Source of the DNA: the human T2T-CHM13v2.0 reference genome, Homo sapiens
Assembly: GCF_009914755.1 (NCBI RefSeq)
Contig: NC_060934.1
Strand: one strand, 5' to 3'
Length of the DNA: 64,000 nucleotides
Both the position numbers and the translations under genes were made by a program. Within the stretch, counting starts at the first letter, position 1; each line of letters begins with the position of its first letter. Below the pieces are notes generated by a model. It was given only the letters and a program-made list of their open reading frames with translations, was not told the DNA's origin and did not search any database. Below, piece by piece: positions 27,367-42,330 of the stretch.

Positions 27367-28929
27367 CCTGAACAAAAGCAACAGCAATGGGACTAGAGAG
27401 AAGGAAATACATACTAGAGGGATGAATGAGGCAGAATCAGCAATACTCATCATCAGTTGGTTAATGGCAGGTGGAGTGTCAATGGGGAGATTCTAAAATG
27501 ATTTATCAAGTTATTGGCTCAGATGATTAAAGAGGAAAACATGTGCATCTTACCAAGAGAAGGACTTCAAGATGGGTGAAAGATAGTGGATTTTGTTCAG
27601 GGAATGTTGAAATTGAAGTACTTGTGGGACATGATGGTGAAAATGTACAGAAGACAGTGGTTATGTGGATACGGAACTCAAAGGAGAGGACTGGGTTCAA
27701 TATGGCAGTCATGAGGCTATAACTAATAGCTGAAGTCATGGGACTAGAGAACTTTACAACAAAGGGACCCTGGGAAAGGCTGCAGTAAGTCTTCATGTTT
27801 TATAAAGTAATTATATACCATGTCTTTTTGTTAAAAGACAGTTTTAGTGGATAAAGTTATGTTTCTTTGTAAATTCTGCTTTTAGAAGTAAAATTATCAC
27901 TGCAATGTAAATGAGTTTTAAGGAAGATTGGTATCTGATGAAAAATGTTATGGATTTGATTTTTAAGGTCTTTACAGCAAGATTTATACAAATGAAAGTC
28001 GAAAACAACAAAAAGTTTAATATCCAAAAGAAGTTTATGTCAAACATTTGAAAGAACAAAAACATTCTAGAACAAAAAGGGAAACAAATTATTTTAGAAA
28101 TCAACTTAAATGTAACTTCTGTCTGAGCCCCATGTTGTAATTATTTGCTACTTTGCCTCACCTTTGGGGCTGGGGGCGGGGGGTGGGCTGGGGCACAACA
28201 CTGTGTCTTTTATCTATGTTTAGGGCGTTGTACATAGTATATACTCAGGAAAAAAACCTGTTTATTCCATGCCAGAATGGGAGGTTTGAACAGATGACTT
28301 GGAAGGTCCCTTTCAACCCTGGGAGTCTATAAAAGGGAAGTGGTTATTACCGCTTAAAAGAAGAAGTAGGCTTAGTCCTACTTCCAGAGAGCCAATGTTT
28401 TCATAGTTACAGAAAGGTAATAGACTGTCAGCTCAATATGACACTGGTAAGAATTTTCTAACAATTACGGCTATCCAACAGAAGAAAGGCTGTCTCAGAA
28501 GGTGGTTAGCTCTGAAACAACTGGTATTTAAGGGCTGGAAGGACCCTTAGATATCTTTAGGTCTTCCTAATCTTTTTCATGCCATTGCCTATACAGAAAA
28601 TGGTATTTCTATAACACAAATAAAAAAATTATACAGCAATTTTTGACACATCAATGTCTCAAGGCATACTTGTCACACGTTCTCAGGGCTTTGGCTGGGA
28701 AAACTGATTTAGTCTAACATCCTCGTTTGCAGAGGGGGAAACTGAATCTTAACGAGGGAATGCAATATTCCCAAGTCAAGACGTTAATGTTAATACTGGA
28801 ACTAGAAGAATTGAGACTAGCGACTGTGGACAACTAGCCAGTTTCCTCTGCTCAAATTAAGCAAGCTGGAGGCCAGACTGAAAGACTGCAGTAGATGGTA
28901 GAATAAACAGTCTAAAGCTATATTGCTTT

Positions 28930-29065
28930 AAATGTGGTCTCAAGACCACCGACATTAGAACTTGTTAAATTCTGGGGAACTCGCTAAAATGAAGATTAAT
29001 GGGCCCCACATAGACACACGGAATTAAGCTCTGCGGTAAGGCCTTGGAATCTGCATTTTTAGGTT
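28930..29065. mobile_element. MER5-like hAT-Charlie fragment just upstream of the TFAM CpG island
   Basis: tgtggtc...cattagaa...gggcccca...ggaatctgcattttt. Confidence 0.5.
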
Positions 29066-29449
29066 TGCGAATCCCCGCCTCTCCCGTTACTATTTCTGAA
29101 CTCCGAGCTCCAGCCCTGGCTTGAACTGAGACGCTCCGCTGGGCGCGCAGCAGCCGCCGATCGGACCTCGGGGTCCTGGATGCAGGACTGTCTGTTACGT
29201 ACAGCCCTTGTGACCGTCACGGGCGGATACCGGCCAACGCCGGGTTGGGGTGAGGCCGCCGCCGCGGTCCCTCCATCACCCTCCTGGCCCGGCAGAGGAA
29301 CCCACTGCTCCGGGCGGCCGGGGACAGAGGTGGCTCAACAGAGCCGCCTCGAAGCCAGAGCCCTCCGCAGGCTAGAGGATTGCGGTTTCCCTTCATCTCC
29401 GCGGCTCTTATTCCTCCCCCGCGAGGCCGCCCACCGGGGTACGCTCTCC

Positions 29450-29500
29450 CGCGCCTGCGCCAATTCCGCCCCGCCCCGCCCCCATCTACCGACCGGATGT
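29450..29500 (+). promoter_or_regulatory. TFAM: TFAM proximal promoter: NRF-1 site CGCGCCTGCGCC (29450-29461), tandem GC boxes (29466-29483), ETS/NRF-2(GABP) site ACCGGATGT (29492-29500)
   Basis: Motifs read directly; the NRF-1/Sp1/NRF-2 architecture is established for the human TFAM promoter; no TATA box. Confidence 0.85.
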
Positions 29501-29543
29501 TAGCAGATTTCCCATAGTGCCTCGCTAGTGGCGGGCATGATAA

Positions 29544-29753
<210 letters not shown>

Positions 29754-30268
29754 TAGGCCCGCTTGCCTGTGCCCTAGGGGCAGCAGGGCCCAGGACGTCC
29801 CGGGGTTGGAATGTAGACCCTATCCTTCACTTTCTGCCCCTCCTAGGAGTTCAGAGTCACCCTGGTTCTTTGATTCAGACCGCGACCTTGCCAAGGGGAC
29901 GGTGGCCTTGAGACCAGGCCTTTATTTACTCTCTTAATACCCCGTACCTTCTTGCTACCCTCCACTCGCTTCTCCCATCCCTCCTCACTGTCCAGCTTTG
30001 GATCCTTTCCGCCTCCTCTGCGAATTCGCGCCGAGTCTCCGGCCATCATCTAGGCATTGAGGAGGCGGGGCCCAGGAGCTGGAGTATAGACGCTTTCCTT
30101 CACTCCCTGCCCTTCCTAGGAGGTAAGGGCTTTGAGACTTCAGTCCTGCAGACGCTCCCCTCCGTTTAGGACAGGGTTTTAATAAGTCTAGCATTCTTGT
30201 TGAAGGCGTTGGATACATAGTATCTTGATGACATTTCTTATTTGGGATCTGTGTTCATATACATGTGA

Positions 30269-30475
<207 letters not shown>

Positions 30476-31083
30476 TAATAAAAATGCCATTAAGCAGTTA
30501 AATACCAATGTTGAATTGCAGTGCTAAAGCATTCAGTGACTGCAGGAACAATCATTTGATGTCTGTAAAATAGGAAGTTCTATTTTATACCAAATGGAAA
30601 TGCTTTAAATATAAATGAGAACTAGTAAATGGTATTTTAAAAATAACGTATAGTGTAGAAAGCACCCTAGGAAGAGGATAAAAAAGCTGAATTTGGGGCC
30701 TTGTTGCCTTTGGTCTAGAGGACCACTGATGAATTATTTTCTCTTGCCTAGCTCCTCCTTTTTCTGGCTCAGGGAATTGTTAATAAAGTTGCAACTTCTG
30801 TGGAAGCATCCATAAACTGTAAGTTCTGTAGAACTGTAAAGTTCTATGCAATTTACTGCTAATTTCAAGAGCTTTCAAGATAAGAAAGGATAAACCTTTT
30901 CATCATAGGAGTTCAGAGCCACTCTGGTTCTTTGATTCAGACCTCGACCTTGCCAAGGGGATGGTGGGTTGTAAAGGATAAATCCTTTCTTGTCTTGGGT
31001 TCCTAAAAAAAAAACATTTCCAGGTAGGATGTTTGTTGACTCTCTAGAAAGCCTCTCGGCGAGAATAAAAAATGCTCACATCA

Positions 31084-31391
<308 letters not shown>

Positions 31392-31749
31392 GCTCACATT
31401 ATAGGTAAGGAGTTAGTTTCAGAGACATGCTTAAGTACCCACATCTTTTAAATGTAAGAGTTAGTACTAACAGGTATTTTTAAAAATCAATTAATTGCAC
31501 GCCATCATTCCGGTTAAGATGAAGAAGGAAGTGGAGAATAACAGATTGAATTTCGAATAGCTTGTTTCCAAATGATATTTCTGTTATTGAAATACGAGGC
31601 TGTGTTATATGAATCGAGAATGTATTTTGTTGTTAGCTTTTATAAATTTAGGAATTCCTCAAAGACTTGAAAAAGTGTTTTGCTTGAAATATGGAAGGGA
31701 AGTAAAAAACTTGAAGCAATTGATCATCCAGCTTCTTAAACTAGTAATC

Positions 31750-32052
31750 AGCCTGGTGTGGTGGCTCGCGCCTGTAATCCCAGCACTTTGGGAGACTGAG
31801 GCAGATGGATTGCTTGAACTCAGGAGTTTGAGGCCAGCCTGGGCAGCATAGCGAAACCCCGTCTCTACAAAAAATACTAACATTAGCTGGACATGATGGC
31901 GCCTACCTGTAGTCCCAGCTACTCGGGAGGCTGAGGCAGGAGAATCACTTGAGCACAGGAGGTGGAGGTTGCATTAGGCCAAGATTGTACCACCGCACTG
32001 CAGCCTGGGTGATGGCCTGGGTGACGGACCCTGTCTCAAAAAAAAAAAAAAA
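31750..32052 (+). mobile_element. Alu in TFAM intron 2
   Basis: Dimer, A-tail, TSD CTAGTAATCA. Confidence 0.92.
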
Positions 32053-32233
32053 TCCTAGTAATCAAACTGTTGACTGTTTCTGGTGGTATATGGTATACTC
32101 CTTAGTTGTTAGATAATAGACTTTTAATAATGTTGGATAAATTACTTACGTTTAAATTAGTTGGATAAAGGAAAGTTAAATCATTATATTAAGTTATGTG
32201 TGGTATGGATTGTGCTTTCCTGGATATCTTTAG

Positions 32234-32371
<138 letters not shown>

Positions 32372-32771
32372 TAAGTTTTCAACATTGCTGACCAGTTATT
32401 CTGCAGTTAGGAGCAATTGTCATGTCCTTTAAAGGACCAGATGGATCAGACTTTTTAAAAAATAATCTGTTATCTACAAAGAAACTTTATGTCTTCTCAT
32501 CTGCATAAATAATGAGAATATGGATGTATGGGGTGGAGGTGAAGAAGTGGCAGTAGTTTGAAAATGGAAGCTGATTACTAAACTCTCACCTTGATTAGTA
32601 TATATAAGGAAAATGTATGTTTTAATCCATATACATCTCATCCCAGAGCACATTTTCCACCTGGTGATAAAATCTGTCTGTCTGAAGTCATGCAGTTGCC
32701 TTTCCCTGGCATGTGCTATGTTGAATTTGCCAGCAATGGTTTGTTGACTTACTTGGGTTTTTTATTTATAG

Positions 32772-32972
<201 letters not shown>

Positions 32973-34866
32973 TAACTATGAATATAGGTAGTTTTCTCTT
33001 AATAGGCAAATAAAATATGGTAGAATGTCATCAGGTATTCTTCAGTTAGGCAGAAGTGGGATAGTTCTCTTATGAAAAGTGAGATAGCCACTAGGACCAC
33101 TTGCCATTGAGTCTGTTTGGAAATCCTTGTTGCTACTTGCAGATGTATCCACATTTAAGGTGTACAGTTCGTAGAACAGTAATGGAAACTACAGGAACAG
33201 AGTTATGAAACAGTCAAACCAGGAGTATCAAGAATCTTTGCTTCTGAGTCTTCTTTAGAATAACGTATTAATTTGAATTATTCTATAGATTATGGTGAGT
33301 TTGATATGGAATATTGCTGAGTAGACTGCATTAATTCATTAACACATCGGAAAAATGCCAATTTATCTAATCAATTAAGTGCCTTTAGGATGGAATTCTT
33401 TTTTTTTCTTCAAAGAAATAACTATTAAAAACCTCACATGGTTCAAAATTTGTAGTTCCCAGCTTAATGTATTAATTCACATAAATGTCATCATTTGAAA
33501 GTTATACATTTTTTTCATAGAGCCAGTATTAGTTTTGAGGTGGTCAGTTTGCTAGTCGTGTACCTACACTATTACAAATGATCATCAGAGTTAAAACTAT
33601 TTCTTTGAAAGACTAGATTACAGCCTTGAATGTGGGATGCCAATACGTCTTTCCCTGACCCTAATGTTTTAAGCTGTCCTAGCACTAGGGTTGAGGACCC
33701 GCCCAGTTTCGAGACCATGATGCCGCTACTTTAGGGTGGCTGATCTAATCAGTAAAAGGGAGCCAGAAAGATACTAAGAGTGAAAAATAGAGTGTCTACA
33801 TAAGGATGGTGTTTGGAAGAGTGATTACTAAAGTATATCCTCCCTCTTTCATTCTCCCTTCCTCCTTAATGCACCCAGCCCACTGTGCTAAGAGTAGAGA
33901 GGACCAGAAGCATGAATTGGACATTTATAAAGTTTCCCTTGTCATTCTCTCTTTCTTTTGTAATTGTTCTTGACTCCCAGTACCAACTAGTTCAGAGATC
34001 AAGTGAGAAGTGTGAGGACTAGGAAGTTACAAGTAAAACCCTCAGGAGAGAAATCCCTAGTGATAGCTCTAGAAACAAAGAGGGAAATAGTTAAGTTGTA
34101 AAGTGCTTGGAGTCTATAGTAGTTTCAATACTCAGTGACTGAGAGATTCAGGAAGAAGAAACTAAATCAGAGGAGCCCTACTTACAGTTATGAATAAAAG
34201 TTGAATTTGTTACTGATTATAGCCAAATTGCTATTAAGAGCCACAGAATTTTGTAAATTACAGGTACTACTTACTATCCAAATTCAGAAACTTAAGTATA
34301 ATAATGCAATATCACTCCCTGAACTCAGAAATTAAACTGATAGTAAGGGATACTTGTATTCTTTTCCACAGTTTCTTCCCTTTTGGTAACTAGTAAAATG
34401 AATTTAACACAACTATGGAGCTTTAAAGGTGGAGACATTCAGGGAATGGAGTGAGATGAAAGATTATTAAACAAATAGTCCATTGTTCTTGGGTTGTGGT
34501 GGAAGCATGCAGTGATTTGGTCAAGGGGACAGTAGTATCTTACAAGGATGAACCTAAGGTTGTTTTATCTTTTAAAAAGGTTTTGTACATATATATTCAG
34601 TTATTTAGTTCATGGAGACTATGAGAATAATAGGTAAAGGAAATGGTTTTGTATGGAAAATAACTGGTGAAATCTAACATAATTTTCATAACAGTGCTGT
34701 CAAAAAAATTCTGACCGCAAGATGTAATAATCACACTATATAAGAATCATAACATTCACTTTAAGGAATAATCTGTAATGCGTAGTAGTGAATAAAGTTT
34801 CTGTAGGTAAAATTAAGTCTCATGGAGGTTAACACTATTTTTGACCCTCCAATTTTTTTAATTCAG

Positions 34867-34962
34867 GAGTTAACACTGCTTGGAAAACCAAAAAGACCTC
34901 GTTCAGCTTATAACGTTTATGTAGCTGAAAGATTCCAAGAAGCTAAGGGTGATTCACCGCAG
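34867..34962 (+). CDS. TFAM: TFAM exon 5 (96 nt, phase 0-0, skipped in the known delta-5 isoform): [32 protein letters not shown]
   Basis: ttcag / GTAAAG; PKRPRSAY start of HMG box B. Confidence 0.98.
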
Positions 34963-35833
34963 GTAAAGCTGAAATATATTTTTGTTTAATTTTTAAAATA
35001 TTTAGACAGGAAAAGTCTAGAGTGCCATGTGTCAGGTAGTGAAGAAAAGTAGTGAATATCCAGACAGTAAACTCTTTTGCTAAGGCCCTCTTTAAAGAAA
35101 AATCTTTTTTCTTACCATATACAATCAATTTAGGTATGTAGTTGCCAACACATACATACATACATTGCCAACTTTTTAAATTTAAATACTTAACATTTTT
35201 TTTAATATGTAGGGATATTAAAGTTCTTCTGGAGGCTTTTCTGTTCCAGCAGTTCTTAACTGTTTTACGATCACTAGAAAGAATGAGAGTAGAGCTGCAA
35301 TATTTTCTATGGGGAATTGATTGTAACCTATTGCTTCATTTATATCTTTTAATAACATTTTGGTTATGCCCATAGGGATGTGTTATACATGTGAATGCAT
35401 CATATCAGTGTGTCAAAGAAAAAGAAAGCTTGTCAATCCCTGCTGTGGCTTAGTCTTTCCTATTTTTTTGCTGCTTAGAAGCTCCAAATGGGCAATTGCT
35501 TTTTTTCCTGTATCATATGACATAGTAAGAGAAATGGATGTTTAGATCCGTAACCCATGTTAATCTAAGATGAAGTTTTTGGCACTCTGCCTACGGGATT
35601 ATTATATCTGTAGTTCACTTTACAAATTCTGTTTCCATATCCCTAAATAACATTTTTATATTGTTGCTTCTTGATTTTTTTTCAACTTTAATCATTGTTT
35701 ATCTTATGCTTTAAGCATTACCTACCACCGTTTAAGCTAGACATTTAACTGTCATCCCACTGTTGTCATGTTTCGATTCCCCTACCTCCCAATATAGTTA
35801 AAATTTTGGTTAGCTTGGTATTGTGTGTCTATA

Positions 35834-35913
35834 TTAGGTTGGTGCAAAAGTAATTGTGGTCTTTGCCATTAAAAGTAATGGCAAACACAGCAGTTACTTT
35901 TGCACCAACCTAA
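35834..35913. mobile_element. MADE1 (Hsmar1-derived MITE), 80-bp palindrome flanked by TA
   Basis: TA|TTAGGTTGGTGCAAAAGTAATTG...TTACTTTTGCACCAACCTAA|TA. Confidence 0.95.
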
Positions 35914-36788
35914 TAGTATTATGATTATGTAAGCTGTATTCACAGCTGACATATGCTATGATTATTTTTTCTTTCTTACGAAACTTATTTTCCCTGAAGT
36001 TGCTTATGTCTGTTTGTTCACTTAGGTTTTTTTTTTTTTTTTGTACTTACCAATAATTCACCCTCAAACTCCTCGGTATTCACCAGCTTTTAGTAAATTT
36101 AGGATGTGTTTTTCTTTCAGTTTAACTCTGAAAACTGGGGTTTGTTCCAGTGTGACTGTTGCCTTCTAATCCTAGTATACAGCTAACATCTTGAGATTGC
36201 CTTCATTATCCTTGTGGTGCTGCTTTTGCTTCTGTTGTTTACTTTTTTGGTTTACTCTGATTCTTGTATAGCATCTTTCCCAGTAAAGGTGCATGGGAGA
36301 TTAAATTTTTGAGTTTTGCATGTCTGAAAATGTCTGTATCCTCACATTCACTTGTTAGACTGGGCATAGAATTCTAGTTTGGAAAACATATTTCTTCAAA
36401 ATGTAAAAATTCCTTTTCTTCTACCTTATTGTACTGCTTTTGAGAAATCTAAAACTGTTTTGATTATTGGTCCTTTAAATGTGATCTGGTGCTTTTTTTT
36501 TCCTCCCCTTTAGAACTCCTGCTACATGTATATGCATCTTCTGAGCTGGTCCTCTAATTTTCTTATTTTTTTCCGTACTGTTTTCCTTTAGTCTTCTTTC
36601 CTTTTTTTTTGTTTTGTTTTGTTTTGTTTTTCCTGAACTGCTGGATACATTTTAACTTAATCTCTCTGCTTTTAGTATGGTACCATTTCCCTCAACTGTA
36701 CCTGTACCTGGTTTTCACAGAGTGACACTATTTTACTCTCTAGAGAGGATAAATGTCCTAAAATTTGCCATGGTAGAAATTTAACCTC

Positions 36789-37382
<594 letters not shown>

Positions 37383-37709
37383 CTAATCTCTTTTTAAACA
37401 GTCTTTCAGCCAATCTTGTGTTTAACCTTAGCTTCACCTGTTTTACACCTGTCTGGTGCTGCCAATTCCTGAGATATTTGGGAATTCTGTATGGTAAATT
37501 AAGTTGCTTTTAGGTTTTCTCCACTGTCAGTTTAACAATTAGCTTTCTTTTGTCAGTTAAGTCAGTTACCACTAATGCATCTGCTTTTCAGCTTCCAGAA
37601 TTTTGTGTTGATAGTGCCCTCTTCTGTTGTCTTTATTCATGTGGGATTATCCTTTAAAAAGATTTCTTTGTTTAATGGGATTTTAGGGAAAGCAAAAGTA
37701 AACATCTTT

Positions 37710-38014
37710 GGCTGGGCACAGTGGCTCATGCCTGTAATCCTAACAATTTGGGAAGCGGGGTGGGAGGGTTGCTTGATTCCAGGAGTTCAAGACCAGCCCT
37801 GGGCAACGTGGTAAGACCCCATCTTTACAAAAAAAGTTTTTTAAAAAAATTAACCAGGCATGGTGGTGCATATCTGTGGTCCCAGCTACTCCAGAAGTTG
37901 AGACAGGAGGATCACTTGAGCCCAGGAGGTCAGTGCTGCAGTGAGCTGTGATCATACCACTGCTTTCCCACCTGAGTGACAGAGTGAGACCTTGTCTCAA
38001 AAAAAAAAAAAAAA
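37710..38014 (+). mobile_element. Alu (AluJ-like) in TFAM intron 5
   Basis: Dimer plus A-tail. Confidence 0.92.
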
Positions 38015-38461
38015 TTCTATCCCTTTAATTTTATAAATGAAGAGCCAAGCCCAAGGGAGGTAAAGTGACCTTTTCCAGGTCATATAATTAAGTTCAACTA
38101 AGTAGACTTACTGGACTTGTGCTGTATTGTTCTTATTACTGCATCTAAACACTGAAGCACAGATTTTCAAATAAAACCTAAAGCTACAGGGAAGGAATAA
38201 AAACAGACTTTGAAGTTAGTTTATGACAACACATAGATTATACCTGAATATTAATATTTCCGAATCAAAAATATGTACCTTCATTCAGTTCATTTTTGTA
38301 AATTGTAACAGTTTGATAGTTTTTGTTTAGAGAGAAAAGATGTTAAGAATTGATGAGGCTTTGCCTGTAATTCTTGGTATCTTGAGTTTTTGTTGGAATG
38401 AATAATAAAGGTCACTGAAGTCCCCATATCTACCTTAACTTAAACATATATTGTTTTACAG

Positions 38462-38518
38462 GAAAAGCTGAAGACTGTAAAGGAAAACTGGAAAAATCTG
38501 TCTGACTCTGAAAAGGAA
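38462..38518 (+). CDS. TFAM: TFAM exon 6 (57 nt): EKLKTVKENWKNLSDSEKE
   Basis: tacag / GTGAGT; contains Leu182 of HMG box B. Confidence 0.98.
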
Positions 38519-38998
38519 GTGAGTATTACAGTTGTTAGTCTCAAGTGTCTACTTAGGATATCTGTGAGAGAATGTATTAGGGCAAGGCTTGATTCATGTG
38601 AAGACAACCTTGTATTACTAATAATACAAGTATTCTAAAATTATTTTCATATTCTCAGAACCAGTTTGGCATTTTTCTCTTGGTAGTTTTTGTCTGCAAA
38701 TAAAATTGGTATTTGAAACCACAGCACTCATAAGCCTGAGTGTCCACTTATTCAGTGGCAGTGATACCCTGCTGCTGCCCCCTTCCTGCACCTCAAGATC
38801 TGAACTTGTAACAATTTCATTCAAAGAGATAACAGTCTATCTCTTACATTTTCATCATCTAACTTTTATCTCATGAAAATATTTCTTCTCCAGTCTGCCT
38901 TTATACATGTAGAATGGTAATGTAATTTCTAAAGTATATACAGAAGCATTCCAGAAATTAATTGCTATTTTAAATAATCATTTTATCTCAAAAAATAA

Positions 38999-39178
<180 letters not shown>

Positions 39179-40070
39179 AAGTAGAAGATTGAGATGTGTT
39201 CACAATGGATAGGCACAGGAAACCAGTTAGGTCTCAATACCTGAAGCTATCGTAAAATTAAGAAAGGATAAAGTTGGTAAACCTTTTATATTTAGTATCT
39301 TTTTATTCAGCTCATGGACTTCTGCCAGCATAATACTTGCTTTGGAAAACCCAGATAAAGGTTCATGCAAACTTTATTTTGTGTTTAGGAACTACTGAGG
39401 ATCAGAGTAATCCAAGCAAATGTGAATCATTTTACCTTTGACAAAGGTAAATCAGACTATGAATTTTTTTTTATACAGGATGATGACTATGGAAAGAGTA
39501 CTCTTGTTTCCTTATATTATGGAGGCAGGAGTTTCGTTTTCAAAATTGTTACAAATTGTAGAAGCCACGGTGTTCTGTGATATAAGTGTGTGTTTTTCAT
39601 AAAGCAGGCAGAACTCATCTAGGTAAATTACAGTTCCTAGGTATAATTCACATTGTATTCAGAGTTGATGGTTGTACATATAAGTGATTGCTGGTTTTAG
39701 TTGCAACTTTGTATAAAAGGGACTGAGAAATTTATAAACTTTTTTCTTACTGTCTTTTTTCTAAAGTAAAAACAAAGAAATTATGTGCCAGATTTATGCA
39801 TATTATTTTATGTTGCATAGAATAAAATTTTTAATCTTTAATTTTACATTTCCTAAATATATTTTAAGACGAAACATTTGTTCTATAGCTTTTCCCTTTT
39901 TTTAAGTAAGGAATTTTATTTTTTTCTGAATTATTTTCTCTCGTGAGTATATTGATCCAGAAAGAAAACTTGTATTATGTGTGTTTTAAAATGAGAAATC
40001 TAAAAAACGAAAAGTCTCCAAAGTCTCTGGAATTTGAAACACTTTGCATAACGTATAAAAGCCTGTTTAA

Positions 40071-40369
40071 GAGACAGCCAACTATGGCCTGTGGATCAAA
40101 TCCAGCCTGCTGCCTGCTTTTTATGGCCTGTGAGCTAGGAATTGTGTTTATAATTTTAAATGTTTTTTTTTAAAGACTTTTATGATACTTGAAAATTAAC
40201 ATGAATATTTAGTGTTCATAAATAAAGTTTGTTGAAACACAACCAAGATCATTCTTTTACTTGTCTATGGCTGCTTTTCTGTGGCAGAGTAGCTGCCACA
40301 GAAACTATAGCCCACAAAGCCTGATATTTACTGTCTGTCTGTTTATGGAAAAAATTTATCAACCCATGG
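40071..40369. mobile_element. MER58(B)-like hAT-Charlie DNA transposon in the TFAM 3' UTR
   Basis: actatggcctgtggatcaaatccagcctgctgcctg...aaataaagttt.ttg.aacaca.cca...ttgtctatggctgctt...cccacaaagcct..tatttact. Confidence 0.8.
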
Positions 40370-41853
40370 TCTATAGTATAGTGTGATATGACTACTGTTC
40401 CAATGTATTGAAGTGTTGGGATAGTTTTTTCAAATGTTTTCAGATGTTCTTGTTTTAGAATCATTGTCACCTTTAAGAGGAAAAAGGTCATCACTAGATA
40501 ATCTAAACAGATTGTTGCTTCTCAGTGTTAGCAAGGAAAATAATCTAGTTTCAAATTACATTGCAGTATAATGAAAAAGATCCATATACTGTGGAATGAT
40601 ATTCTTTTAAAATTATTTGCTATGGCTTGGTAAAAATGTACTTTTTCCAGTAGCACATATCACAAGAACCTCACTGTAGTTGAAAGCCATCTTTCTTTAG
40701 TATTTGTTTATCCTTTTAGGAGAGTCAAGCAAAGGTTTTCACCACCTGTTTGAGCAGAATAATTCTCATCAGTTCACAGATATAGGATAACTCAATTTAT
40801 ATGCACTTTATGCGTTATGCAAAATATTTAGAAATTGTAGATTCTAGATCTCCAGAAAGACTTTGAAGACTTTGATGTCACAAAAAGATGACTTGTTATA
40901 TGCTGAGCTTGACAAAGGTAGGAATGGAAGAGAAAAATAGTAGCTTATGAGGAAATATGAGGCTTTAAATATATAAAGTTGGATATTTTAAAATAACTTT
41001 TCCCTGTGGGAGCTTCTCACTCTGGGTGCAGACAGGACAGTGTTGGCCATTGGTGAAATAGATAGGATGGGTTTGAGGCCAGAGCAGTCTGGGAGTAGGG
41101 GGAAAGAGAAGGAGGTGTGCTAGTGTCTATCACAGGCTTTCTCAATTAGGTTTGCAGGAGAAAAAGCCCTAAGTCCCTGTGTCATCTAGAATGGTACTAA
41201 TTATGTACAGTCCCTAGGAGAATGGAGAAAATCATAACTCAAATCATCGACTCAATTCTGTTCTCTTCAGATGAGCTCAGAGAGCACATAGGAGTGTTTG
41301 TAATGAGGGGTATGTAATGATTGAGATAGAGGAATGAGTTACATAAACATCTCGGGACAAATGCAGCATAGAAAACATCTTTGTAGTTACCCTGCGGGGA
41401 AATTTCCTCTGAGTTCTTTTAACATTAACTACCCGTATTATTTTATACTTAACATTCATATCATACCTTCCCAAATATATTGGGAAGTTCAGTGTTAAGT
41501 ACGTTTCTCAAGTACTTAACAACTTAATATAGGGAGGAAAGGTGTAAACAGTGAAAAAAGAGCAAAACTATTTTATGGTAATTTTATGGTAGTATCAGCT
41601 TGTATTTGGTTCTCTGTTTCTAAAATAATGTAATTTTTAATATTTTAAATAATAGGATAACCTGGTTTCCAAGCCTTTTTTTTCCCCGACATCCAGAATA
41701 CACACTGGATCCAAGCCTTTCTTAAACATCAGTACATGTGGAAGACTGGCATGCCATATACCAAATGCCATTCAGCTGTAACAGTATACACAGATTTTCT
41801 CTTATAAAGAATAAGAACATCATAACCAATGACCACTCATATAAAGTCTTATT

Positions 41854-41891
41854 TGTGTGTGTGTGTGTGTGTGTGTGTGCACGTGTGTGTG
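41854..41891. repeat. (TG)n microsatellite at an Alu tail
   Basis: Direct reading; one interruption (gcac). Confidence 0.9.
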
Positions 41892-41892
41892 T

Positions 41893-42330
<438 letters not shown>

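Noticed and set aside
39260-39290. Similarity of aagaaaggataaa...taaacctttt in the TFAM 3' UTR to the flank at 30882-30901
   Set aside because: Short, gapped and A/T-rich; compatible with chance.
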